This document shows positions 1-17,141 of a stretch of 64,000 bases of DNA, piece by piece. The DNA is taken from positions 221,092,001-221,156,000 of the forward strand of contig OZ024740.1 in the NCBI GenBank assembly GCA_964016885.1. Direction: 5' to 3'. The notes beneath the pieces were generated by a model. That model saw only the letters and a list, made by a program, of their open reading frames with translations, had not been told where the DNA came from and did not search any database. The translations under genes and the position numbers were made by a program. Position 1 is the stretch's first letter, and each line of letters opens with the position of its first letter. Source of the DNA: Eledone cirrhosa (taxonomy: Eukaryota).

Positions 1-499
1 TACCATGAAAATATAATAGTATATATAGAGTAATGTGAATGCTAAAGGGTTAAAATACACTGGGTAAAATATTACTTTGTTTTGTTTTATTTGTCATTAT
101 TTGCCCTTCGTATTTTTCTACTGCATTGTACTGGGTTTTTGAAAATCATCAGTCTTTTACTACATATATATATATATATATATATATGTATATCATCATC
201 ATCGTTTAACGTCTATCTTCCACACTAGCATGGGTTAGACGATTTTGTTCCATTTGATGAGGGAATGGTCGGGAGATCATGTCTCGTTCATACACAATGA
301 TGGACTCTCGCATCGTGTTCAATGCATGAGTGCCAGAATATTTTACTTTCCTTTTACTCCACATTATAGTGTTTGTGTCTTCTGTGAGACACTAAACCTA
401 CCCTCCTTTTGCAAACCAGTCTATACCCATCACATACAAATTGTTGAACAGTAACTGAATTCCTTGCCTTAGATCCCCTACTTGCTCAATCATTGTGTT

Positions 500-1022
500 G
501 ACATGGGTCCTGATGCAATTTTGATTTTCCTCCACCTATAACGGTCAGCAACACATTCCTCAAATTCTGATGGTTGTATTCCAAGATGTTTGACATCATT
601 CTTCAGTTTATCCACATAAAGTTGGCCATAAGTAAGAATTTTAGACAGTCTTTCATCATTCATCCTAGGAACATGGCCAGCCCATCCTTATTGAGAGTTT
701 ATTAAAAAGACCTCTATGCTTTGTATATTACATTTACTAAACAATTGTTCATTAAAGACTATGTCCTTTCACGTGAAACCATAAATATTTCTGAGACATA
801 TTTTGTGGAAAGCAAGTAGCTGTGTAATATGTTTTCTATATGATGCCATACAGCAATGTTGAGATGACAACTGCATGGTAAACTGAGATTTTGGTTTTCA
901 AGCTAAATCACCTCTCTTTCTATACTCTTGCTTGCAGCTTTCCGTAGGCATCACTAGCTTTGGCGATCCTATTTACTGTTTCATTGTTTAAAGAAACATT
1001 AGAATTGATTTTACTTAAGTAT
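500..1022 (-). mobile_element. Degenerate RTE/BovB-like LINE RT 3' part (left half of a host element split by a nested insertion)
   Basis: Minus-strand translation YLSKINSNVSLNNETVNRIAKASDAYGKLQARV resembles the RTE 'YLGS..S.....D.EI..RI.KAS.AFG.L' block; decayed downstream. Confidence 0.7.
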
Positions 1023-1883
1023 GCTAAAGGGTTCTCCCTAAAAATGAAAGGCAGGTTGTACGATGCCTGCATACGAACAGCAATGCTGCATGGCAGTGAG
1101 ACCTGGGCATTGTGTGCAGAGGATATACGCAGACTAGAGAGGAACGAAGCTTGCATGCTCCGCTGGATGTGTAACAGTAATATACGTGAACGGCAAAGCA
1201 TAAACGAACTAAGGAAAAAATTAGAGATAAGAGGGATCAGATGTTGTTTACTCGAGAGAAGGCTACGTTGGTATGGACACGTGATGCGCATGAAAGTCGA
1301 TAGCTGTATAACAAAGTGCAGGGCAATAAAGATAGACGGTAGTCACGGAATAGGCAGACCTAGAAAAACCTGGGACGAGCTGATAAACTCCGACATCACA
1401 CACTTACACCTCTCCAAGACAATGTCACTGGACCGAGACCTTTGGCGGTACTCAGTAACAGAGAAGACCCGCCTTACCTAAATATATAGTAAAACCTACT
1501 CCAGCCAGTAGGCATCTCTAACAAAATACACCCCGTCCCACCACCACCACCCCCACCCCATCCACACCACCCCGTTCTATGTAAAGTTATGTTGGTGCCG
1601 CGCCATCCAGGCCGAAACAAATGAGATCGTGTAGGTGTCACGACAAAAAAACACACAGTCCACGCTGTAATGTGGCCGTGTAGGCAACACGGTAAAAACC
1701 TCCCAGACCCACACTGTAAATGTGGTTGGTGTTAGGAAGGGCATCCAACTGTAGAAAACCTGCCAGACAGTCCTATGCGAGCAAGACAATCACTCTTGCC
1801 TCAAATGGGACTACCCCCGTCCAAACCCATGCAAGCGTGGAACACGGACGTTAAACGTTGATGATGAGGATGATGATGATGAT
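1023..1883 (+). mobile_element. 5'-truncated RTE-clade LINE (ORF C-terminus + 3' UTR + (GAT)n tail), nested in an older RTE
   Basis: LYDACIRTAMLHGSETW...[12 protein letters not shown]...GRPRKTW; near-identical to 14672-15515; ends cccatgcaagcgtggaacacggacgttaaac(gat)n. Confidence 0.9.
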
Positions 1884-2190
1884 GGGAAGGACTTCATATA
1901 CTCTAGAGGCTTGTTGTCCACAAGAATTTCACTGTATTGGTGATTAGGTAGTGTTATGTCTCTTCTTTGAATAGGTGTTGATTTGAGCTGGTATATGACT
2001 TCTGTTTTTTTTCACAATTATTGTAAGGCCAAACGCTTTTGCTGCAGAGGAAAATCGGCTCACGACTTCTTGTGCCTTCCAGAAAGAATTAACTTCTAGA
2101 GCCGCGTCACCTACAAACAAAAAGTCTAAAAGCCTTTTCTAGTAAGATTTTTCTACCTTAAATCTTTAATGAGTGAAGTTCAAACGAAAC
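1884..2190 (-). mobile_element. Right half of the split RTE/BovB-like host element
   Basis: Joining across the insert restores the reading ...EYMKSFP|YLSKINS... Confidence 0.65.
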
Positions 2191-2204
2191 AACATTATTA
2201 TAAT

Positions 2205-2379
2205 GGCAGTATCGGTAGAGGGTCGGACGCCATGCTTTGATGCATAGAGTTACGTCACTTACCATTCTGAGTTCAAATCCCGCCGAGGTTAACTTTGCCT
2301 TTCATCCTTACGGGGTCGATAAAATAAAGTACCAGTAATGCACTGTGTAATTGCTGGCCTTGTGCCAAAAGTAGAAACA
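2205..2379 (+). mobile_element. tRNA-derived SINE with Deu/Nin-like central domain
   Basis: A/B-box-like head (ggcagtatcggtag...gagttcaaatcc) + gcctttcatccttacggggtcgataaaataaagtaccag; flanked by attattata direct repeat; many copies in the window. Confidence 0.85.
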
Positions 2380-2660
2380 ATTATTATAGTCCCTGAAGGC
2401 ATATTCTAGCATCAGAGAAAAGTAAATAGCACAGAAACAGGGTCCATTACGCACCCCTATATATATATATATGTTCATACACAGAAGAAAAGTTGTACCT
2501 ATGGTTTCAAGGCCTGATGACTAGGTCACAAATTTGATCGCTCTCACAATCTAGGGAAATGGTTAAAATTGGGCCTTCAAACCCTAGAAAGCACTTTTAG
2601 TCCCATATATGAACAAAAACAAAAATAAATAATATAATATAAATATATATATATATGTAT

Positions 2661-2920
2661 GGAGGCACATGGCTTAGTGGTTAGAGCATTGGCCTTGCAA
2701 TCGAAAGGTTGTGAGTTCAATTCTCAGACCGGGTGATGTGTTGTTTCCTTGAGCAAGACACTTTATTTCACATTGCTCCAGTTTACTGGGGTCCCTATCA
2801 TTCCACTGCAAAGTGGTCGTGGAGGTGCCACGGCAAAAAAAAAAGCACCCAGCACTCACTGTAAATGAGGTTGGTGTTAGGAAGGGCATCCAGCTGTAGA
2901 AATCAAGCCAGCATCAGTTC
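2661..2920 (+). mobile_element. tRNA-derived CORE-like SINE with RTE-derived 3' tail
   Basis: ggcttagtggttagagc...gagttcaattc head, gtgttgtttccttgagcaagacacttta core, tail gttggtgttaggaagggcatccagctgtagaa shared with the RTE 3' UTR. Confidence 0.85.
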
Positions 2921-2937
2921 CCGTATATATATATATG

Positions 2938-3136
<199 letters not shown>

Positions 3137-3210
3137 GTATGTATATATATATATATATATATGTATGTATATATATATATATGTATGTATATATATGTAT
3201 ATATATATAT

Positions 3211-3598
3211 ATTGGTAAACGGAATAGAAAATGCTGACAAATTGTTCACAGTTGAAAAATGGTTTAATTAGGAATAAAAGAGTATTAGTGATTGTATGGG
3301 TTAGTATTCAGTTGTGGTTTTAAGTTTTTAAGTTTTTACCGGTTGCGCATTTCTAAATGCTTTTCAAAAATAATTTTGAGATAGAGTGTCCATGCTGTTT
3401 TCTCTGATCTGAGCAAACAGCACGGACACTCTATCTCAAAATTATTTTTGAAAAGCATTTAGAAATGCGGTAAAAACTTAAAAACTTAAAACCACAACTG
3501 AATACTAACCCATACAATCACTAATACTCTTTTATTCCTAATTAAACCATTTTTCAACTGTGAACAATTTGTCAGCATTTTCTATTCCGTTTACCAAT
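3211..3598. repeat. ~390-bp near-perfect palindrome, copy 1
   Basis: attggtaaacggaatag...gctgttt / aaacagc...ccgtttaccaat with a 14-nt loop. Confidence 0.95.
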
Positions 3599-3632
3599 AT
3601 ATAATAACTTGTGTGTTACACCTCTATTCTTT

Positions 3633-3673
<41 letters not shown>

Positions 3674-3674
3674 A

Positions 3675-3727
<53 letters not shown>

Positions 3728-3768
3728 GTATATATATATATGTATATATATATATGTATATGTATATG

Positions 3769-3815
<47 letters not shown>

Positions 3816-3822
3816 ATATATG

Positions 3823-3909
<87 letters not shown>

Positions 3910-3994
3910 GTATATATATATATGTATATATATATATGTATATATATATATGTATATATATATATGTATATATATATATGTATATATATATATG

Positions 3995-4077
<83 letters not shown>

Positions 4078-4195
4078 GTATATATATGATGAATGATGAT
4101 ATATGTATATATATATATATATAATTAAGTTATACAAAAGTCATACAAAAGTGAGTTACAAACGAAACGAAATTTAATTTTGTTTCGTTATTAGT

Positions 4196-4391
<196 letters not shown>

Positions 4392-4463
4392 GTATGTATA
4401 TATATATATATATATGTATGTATATATATATATATGTATGTATATATATGTATATATATATAT

Positions 4464-4851
4464 ATTGGTAAACGGAATAGAAAATGCTGACAAATTGTTC
4501 ACAGTTGAAAAATGGTTTAATTAGGAATAAAAGAGTATTAGTGATTGTATGGGTTAGTATTCAGTTGTGGTTTTAAGTTTTTAAGTTTTTACCGGTTGCG
4601 CATTTCTAAATGCTTTTCAAAAATAATTTTGAGATAGAGTGTCCGTGCTGTTTTCTCTGATCTGAGCAAACAGCACGGACACTCTATCTCAAAATTATTT
4701 TTGAAAAGCATTTAGAAATGCGGTAAAAACTTAAAAACTTAAAACCACAACTGAATACTAACCCATACAATCACTAATACTCTTTTATTCCTAATTAAAC
4801 CATTTTTCAACTGTGAACAATTTGTCAGCATTTTCTATTCCGTTTACCAAT
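4464..4851. repeat. ~390-bp near-perfect palindrome, copy 2
   Basis: Same sequence as 3211-3598. Confidence 0.95.
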
Positions 4852-4885
4852 ATATAATAACTTGTGTGTTACACCTCTATTCTTT

Positions 4886-5110
<225 letters not shown>

Positions 5111-5117
5111 ATATAGG

Positions 5118-5150
<33 letters not shown>

Positions 5151-5193
5151 ATATATGTATATATATATATATATATATGTATGTATATATATG

Positions 5194-5328
<135 letters not shown>

Positions 5329-5369
5329 GTATATATATATATGTATATATATATATGTATATGTATATG

Positions 5370-5420
<51 letters not shown>

Positions 5421-5427
5421 ATATATG

Positions 5428-5556
<129 letters not shown>

Positions 5557-5641
5557 GTATATATATATATGTATATATATATATGTATATATATATATGT
5601 ATATATATATATGTATATATATATATGTATATATATATATG

Positions 5642-5720
<79 letters not shown>

Positions 5721-5838
5721 GTATATATATGATGAATGATGATATATGTATATATATATATATATAATTAAGTTATACAAAAGTCATACAAAAGTGAGTT
5801 ACAAACGAAACGAAATTTAATTTTGTTTCGTTATTAGT

Positions 5839-5977
<139 letters not shown>

Positions 5978-5985
5978 TGTATATG

Positions 5986-6450
<465 letters not shown>

Positions 6451-6587
6451 GTATATATATATATGCATATATATATATGTATATATATATATATGTATAT
6501 GTATATATATATATGTATATATATATATGTATATATATATATATGTATATATATATATGTATATATATATATGTATATATATATATG

Positions 6588-6618
<31 letters not shown>

Positions 6619-6629
6619 GTATGTATATG

Positions 6630-6714
<85 letters not shown>

Positions 6715-6831
6715 GTATATATATGATGAATGATAATATATGTATATATATATATATATAATTAAGTTATACAAAAGTCATACAAAAGTGAGTTACAAAC
6801 GAAACGAAATTTTATTTCGTTTCGTTATTAG

Positions 6832-6882
<51 letters not shown>

Positions 6883-6904
6883 ATATATATATGTATATAT
6901 GTAT

Positions 6905-7088
<184 letters not shown>

Positions 7089-7141
7089 GTATATGTATAT
7101 ATATGTATATATATATATATATATGTATATATATGTATATG

Positions 7142-7240
<99 letters not shown>

Positions 7241-7241
7241 G

Positions 7242-7324
<83 letters not shown>

Positions 7325-7361
7325 GTATATATATATATGTATATATATGTATATGTATATA

Positions 7362-7416
<55 letters not shown>

Positions 7417-7453
7417 GTATATGTATATATGTATATATATGTATATGTATATA

Positions 7454-7546
<93 letters not shown>

Positions 7547-7559
7547 GTATATATATATG

Positions 7560-7590
<31 letters not shown>

Positions 7591-7594
7591 GTAT

Positions 7595-8167
7595 CCCAGT
7601 ACAACCTGTCTCATGGTCGGGTCGTTGGCGACTAAACTGGCAACCCCACCAAGATTTCTTGGTGAGGAGGGTGACTTTGGACATCCTGCAGGACTAAAAA
7701 CAAAACCTGTCAAAGGGCAAAGGAGCTCTTAAGAGTCAATGGCCATCCAAAATCACCGGGAGAGATGACCCCTTAGCCTTTGTCAAGGCAGAATTCTAGG
7801 AGAAGGAAAACTCTGATATAACACCTGCAACCCTGATGGTATCCAATGATGTTGACTTGTTCTTCTTTTTGGTAAATATCATCTTAGTTAAGAGAGTGGG
7901 ACTGGCTTTGTGCAGTGCCTTTGCTCACTATAAAAGCTTCATGGCACAGGCATTGCTTTATATCTGGAGAGTTCTCTGCACTTGTTGTCACATGGTACCA
8001 TGGGCCCAGCACTATGTATCAATAATTGTCACAAGTGTAGTGTTTGTACCAGAGTTTTCAAGTCGCTGGCTGGACTAAGAAATCACACTTGTTCAGCGCA
8101 TCGGTAGGGGTTCTCCTACATGGATATAAAGTAGTGGCCGTACTCGAAAACGAGTTGGCAGCCACCA
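7595..8167 (+). mobile_element. Non-coding ~570-bp interspersed element (non-autonomous non-LTR derivative with structured 5' end)
   Basis: Near-identical inverted copy at 62377-62923 and diverged copy at 42080-42605; contains ggagaaggaaaactctga, resembling RTE 5' UTR motifs. Confidence 0.75.
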
Positions 8168-8209
8168 TATATATATATATATGTGTATATATATATATGT
8201 GTATATATA

Positions 8210-8248
<39 letters not shown>

Positions 8249-8495
8249 AAATATATATATATATGTGTATATATATATATATATGTGTGTATATATATAT
8301 ATGTGTGTGTATATATATATATATGTGTATATATATATGTACGTATATGTATGTACATATATATATGTACATATATATATATGTACATATATATATATGT
8401 ACATATATATATATATATGTACATATATATATATGTACATATATATATATATGTACATATATATATACATATATATATGTACATATATATAGATA

Positions 8496-8591
<96 letters not shown>

Positions 8592-8596
8592 TATAT

Positions 8597-9259
8597 ACGC
8601 GAACGGCAAAGCATAAACGAACTAAGGGGAAAATTAGAAATAAGAGGGATCAGATGTTGTTTACTCGAGAGGAGGCTACGTTGGTATGGTCACGTGATGC
8701 GCATGAAAGACGACAGCTGTATAAAAAAGTGCAGGGCAATAAAGATAGACGGTAACCACGGAGTAGGCAGACCCAGAAAAACCTGGGACGACCTGATAAA
8801 TTCCGACCTCACACACTTACACCTCTCCAAGACAATGTCACTGGACCGAGAGCTTTGGCGGTACTTACCTAAATACAAAGTAAAACCTACTACAGTCAGT
8901 AGGCATCTCTAACAAAATACAACCCCGTCCCACCACCCCCACCCCATCCACACCGCCCCTTTCAATGTAAAGTTATGTTGGTGCCACAACATCCAGGCCG
9001 AAACAAATGAGATTGTGTAGGTGTCATGACAAAAAAACACAGTCCACGCTGTAATGTGGCCGTGTAGGCAACACGGTAAAAACCTCCCAGTTCCACACTG
9101 TAAATGTGGTTGGTGTTAGGAAGGGCATCCAGCTGTAGAAAACCCGCCAGACAGTCCTATGCGAGCAAGACAACCACTCTTGCCTCAAGTGGGAAAACTC
9201 ACGTCCAAACCCATGCAAGCGTGGAACATGGACGTTAAACGATGATGATGATGATGATG

Positions 9260-9261
<2 letters not shown>
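8597..9261 (+). mobile_element. 5'-truncated RTE LINE 3' fragment with (GAT)n tail
   Basis: [27 protein letters not shown]; 3' UTR as in 1023-1883. Confidence 0.9.
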
Positions 9262-9294
<33 letters not shown>

Positions 9295-9321
9295 TACATA
9301 TATATACATATATATATATAC

Positions 9322-9362
<41 letters not shown>

Positions 9363-9391
9363 TATATATATATATATATACATATATATAC

Positions 9392-9482
<91 letters not shown>

Positions 9483-9580
9483 CATATATATGTATATATA
9501 TATACATATATATGTATATATATATATACATATATATATATACATATATATATATATACATATATATACATATATATACA

Positions 9581-9614
<34 letters not shown>

Positions 9615-9693
9615 CATATATATACATATATATATATATACATATATATACATATATATATATATACATATATATACATATATATATATATAC

Positions 9694-9758
<65 letters not shown>

Positions 9759-9769
9759 CATATATATAC

Positions 9770-9820
<51 letters not shown>

Positions 9821-9825
9821 TATAC

Positions 9826-9901
<76 letters not shown>

Positions 9902-9902
<1 letters not shown>

Positions 9903-12340
9903 AACGTTCGACCTGCGACGAGTCCACGCCACGGCTTTAGCTTTTAACAAACGCACGCAATTGGTGTCACAGGTCGATGAACAAACAGAAGCACAATTTA
10001 GTATAGCTAGAACTAAACTTAGAAATATTATAGAACAGTATAGCGAGAAGCATAATAGAATGGAGGCCCAGCAACTGGGAGAAAAATCTGCAAATGGCTT
10101 GCATAAGCTCGTGCAGCGCTCACATAATGGAGAGATAGCATGCTTTCCAACAGACAAGTCTGGCAGAATGTCGGTTGACAGTCTGCCAAACTACATCCAG
10201 GCAATGCAACCCCACATCACTAACACAAGAGAAGTAACACCACAAGAGCATGAGGATAGAGAAAAAGCCCTCAATGCCCATATGATGATGTGGACAAATA
10301 TAATGCAGCCCAACAAAAGGACTGCCAACAACTTCCAGGCCTGGAACAATGACGTGCCAGCGTTGTATGGGCTTCGAAAAGACCATAAAACGAGCAGTGA
10401 CCCTGTCACAGGACCACTAACACGCCCAGTGAGCTGGGACTCCTACTTAAACTTACCTATAGTAATAATTATCTAGACACATATGACCTTAGCAACCTGT
10501 GCCCTACAAGACCAGCAAGAGGCAGACCACCTACCATTACCTCAATGGCCAAGAAAACCTACACAGATAGATGGAACGGGTGGACCAGAGCCATACGGAC
10601 CCCCGAAAACCACGATGAACTAAAGAAAATGATTGCACATGCGGTGGGGGCCAGCATAAAATTAACTCTTAAGGAACATATGTTAAAATTTAATGGAAAA
10701 ACATATGCCCAAGAGGAGGGAGCAGCCATTGGTGTTAGCATTACATAGCTAAGCTATTCATGGTATGGTGGGACCTTAAACTTAAACAACAATTAGAAGA
10801 CCCTTTAACCCTGATAATGTACTCCCGCTACGTTGATGATATAAACATCGTAGTTAAAACACCCCCACTAGAGAACAGTCAGGAATTAGAGAAAAACACA
10901 ATGGAAAGCATCCAGCAAATAGCTAACTCCATCCACCAGAGTATTAGAGTTACTATAGACTACCCAAGCAAACACCCGTACCATCGATTACCTGTACTAG
11001 ACACAGAGCTCTGGTTAGATACCATTAATAACAAAAAACAAATCCTCCATTCCCATTATGCCAAACCGATGACTTCCAAATATCTGATCCACCGAAACTC
11101 AGCTGTTTCGGACCATACCAAAATCAACATACTGATTGCGGATTTGGTACGGGTGATGAGAAACGTGTCCCGCATGTGCAACCCCGAAGAACGAGAGAGA
11201 CACATACAACACTTCATCCACCGTATGCAGTTCTCTGGTTACAATCAGAGAGATAAAATCAGAGTGTATAGAGGAGCCAGAACCAAATGGGAAAAAATGG
11301 TTAATAATGACACAAATGGGACCTGCCCCTTGTATAGGAGCAAATTTTGGAATAGAATAGAAAGAACTAGGAATAAGGCTAATAGAATAAACTCATGGTA
11401 TGATAGCAATAAATACCAGAGTGTAATGTTCATCGATACAACCCCTAGAGGTGAATTAGCTTACAAATTTAGAAGGGCCCTAGATAAACATAAACTCAAT
11501 ATTAAGATAGTAGAAAGACCAGGTACCTCCATAAAAACACTTATTAGCAAGACATACCCTTTTCAAAGACCCCCCTGTATAGATAAGAAATGTATAATCT
11601 GGAAAAATTAAGCCCCCATATTAACTGTAAAACTAGAAATGTAGTATATAGCATAAGATGTACTGAAGGACAATGTAGAGATAAAAATATATTGTACATA
11701 GGTGAGACAGCTCGTAGTATAGGGGAACGGATAAATGAACACTGGCGAGACCTTCAAGATAGTAAAGAATCATCTGTACTCTACCAACATGCTAAAATAG
11801 AACATAAGGGTAAATTAGAGAACATAGAAATAAAAATAGAATCTACACACAGAAAAGACGCAATGTTTAGACAAATCACAGAGGCAATAAACATAAATGA
11901 ACTCCAACCAAAATTAAATAGAAAACATGAGTGGAACAGCAACATCACAACTTACAATTAAGGACAAAATGAAAACACACATGCACATAGAACAAACAAC
12001 CAACCAGTAACATGTAAATAAACAAATAAATAAACGAATATAAACATACACAGACACCCGGATGTAACACATGCGCAAACTAAGCACACAACACACACAC
12101 AAAAACAAGATGGCGTAGGACAGAACAAAGGAGAGGCACAAAAAACAAAGAAAAGAATCCCCAGTCACTGAAGAGGTCACAGAATGTGTGACGAAAGAAC
12201 TTTGACAATATATAAACAACCATCTGGTTGTGGAACCAACCAACCAACAGGAAATTTATAAATTCCTAAATTTATAAAAGTGAAAGCAACTGGTGCGTGT
12301 GTTTCTTATTGGCAACATGACCCTCCCAAAGTATAACAAT
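9902..12340 (+). mobile_element. Penelope-like retroelement, disrupted ORF (RT + GIY-YIG endonuclease) plus 3' UTR/pLTR
   Basis: PALYGLRKDHK; YAQEEGAAIG; YSRYVDDI; LPVLDTELW; NVVYSIRC...LYIGETAR...ITEAINI...PKLNRKHEW; frameshifts and stops. Confidence 0.9.
12164..12206 (+). ncRNA. Minimal type I hammerhead ribozyme motif in the Penelope 3' region
   Basis: gtca-CTGAAGA-g-gtcaca(gaatg)tgtgac-GAAA-gaac-TT-tgac. Confidence 0.65.
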
Positions 12341-12377
12341 ATATATATATATATGTGTGTGTGTGTATGTATGTGTG

Positions 12378-12414
<37 letters not shown>

Positions 12415-12672
12415 ATGTATATAATTGTGTGTGTGTGTGTGTGTGTTTGCATGTGTGTTTTTATTTTATTTTTCCTTTCCTTCTTCCTTTGCCAGCCTCA
12501 CTTTCATATAGATTGCATTTTTGTTTTTAAAATCCAACGTCAATAAATACACCAGGATTTTTTCATTCTGATGATTGAAAGCAAAATTTTTTGGCTTTTA
12601 AGAAATCACTGGTAAATGAAATAATTGCCTTATGTTGTTTATTACATAACTATATATATATATATATATATA

Positions 12673-15755
<3,083 letters not shown>

Positions 15756-15762
15756 TATATAC

Positions 15763-15898
<136 letters not shown>

Positions 15899-15940
15899 AT
15901 ATATATATATATACATATACATGTATATATATATATTTAT

Positions 15941-16007
<67 letters not shown>

Positions 16008-16014
16008 TGCATAT

Positions 16015-16200
16015 CAGGGCAACAGAAAGAAGAGAGTTCTATGAAACAGACTACTATGTAGAAACTCTTCTTACAACTACAATGAAAGGATGAGAATTAG
16101 TAAAAAGATGAACCTCTTGATAAGCAACTTTATGAGGAGGAACAAGTGAAAAAAGTTTGTCAGAGCAATAACAATTAAAGTATTTTATGAAAATTCTAAG
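16015..16200 (-). mobile_element. Degenerate CR1/Jockey-group LINE 3' fragment
   Basis: FIKYFNCYCSDKLFSLVPP...FTNSHPFIV resembles the conserved 'YY.G.CS.EL..LVP...SHPF.V' C-terminus. Confidence 0.5.
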
Positions 16201-16575
16201 CATCATCTTTCTTTCCAAATCAAAAGATGTCATTGACATACATTCTATTTTTAAGAATACTGATATACATTTGTGGGTGGTTACTAATGGGAAATTTTTA
16301 CCATATTTTTACACTGCTGATTTATTTACTCTGCAAAATAAAAAAGACAGCAGCCTGCCTGAGGAAGAATTCCTGTTAAGTGGGGTGGCTGTTCCAGAGA
16401 GTGTCGCTGGCCATACTCTGTGCTAATGCCTTCACTATTCTCTCAGCGGGGCGTGGCCTAATCAGCACACAAACTAGGGTGCAGAGTCTGTCCCTCCCAC
16501 CCTCTCTCGCTTTCCTCCGTTAATTCTTTTTTCTTTTTCTCTTTCCTAAGGAAATATATTGTTATTTACAATAAT

Positions 16576-16758
16576 TGTTTCTACGTTTGGCACAAGGCAA
16601 GCAATTATCCAGTGCATTACTGGTACTTTATTTTATCGACCCAGTAAGGATGAAAGGCAAAGTTAACCTCGGCGGGATTTGAACTCAGAATGGCAAGGGC
16701 TGTAACTATGCATCAAAGCATGGTGTCCGACCCTCTACCGATACTGCCAATCCACCGA
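16576..16758 (-). mobile_element. Deu/Nin-type tRNA SINE, full length with TSD
   Basis: Reverse complement of the 2205 family; TSD atttacaataat on both sides. Confidence 0.9.
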
Positions 16759-17069
16759 TTTACAATAATGTTGAAATAATAGGTCGTATATTCCAATATT
16801 TGATTTAATGCTTTGAATCCACCAGCCTGGTATTCTAGTACTGGCAATGTTTAACTATTTCCCACCAGCTTGATATTTTGTTTGGCTACATACTTCTCTT
16901 TATTACTGTTATATACACCCCTTTCTGCATGAATCTGTGATCATTTTACATCACTGCTTGGGTTCTTTGGGAAAGTATTGCACTAGTTGTCAAGTTTGTA
17001 TATTTATTATATATCTTTTTTTTTAAAGTTTAATTGCTGAATATTATTTTTCTTCTGTGATTTTTTCAG

Positions 17070-17141
17070 GATTGGGAACTGCACACATATCTGGGCAACA
17101 GGATATAAAAGAGTTATGAAATCTACTGAAGCACCTGTTAT
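17070..17141 (+). CDS. Candidate internal exon of an unidentified host gene
   Basis: Strong acceptor ttttttcag; one open frame IGNCTHIWATGYKRVMKSTEAP; donor ambiguous (gttatg or gtataa). Confidence 0.35.

Noticed and set aside
7595-7640. HDV-like ribozyme reading of the structured 5' end
   Set aside because: CUAA before the closing stem fits, but no P1/P3/L3 of proper length could be built; a twister-like reading fits better
12566-12600. ctgatgattgaaagc hammerhead-like string
   Set aside because: Only 2 nt between the core halves and no convincing stem I
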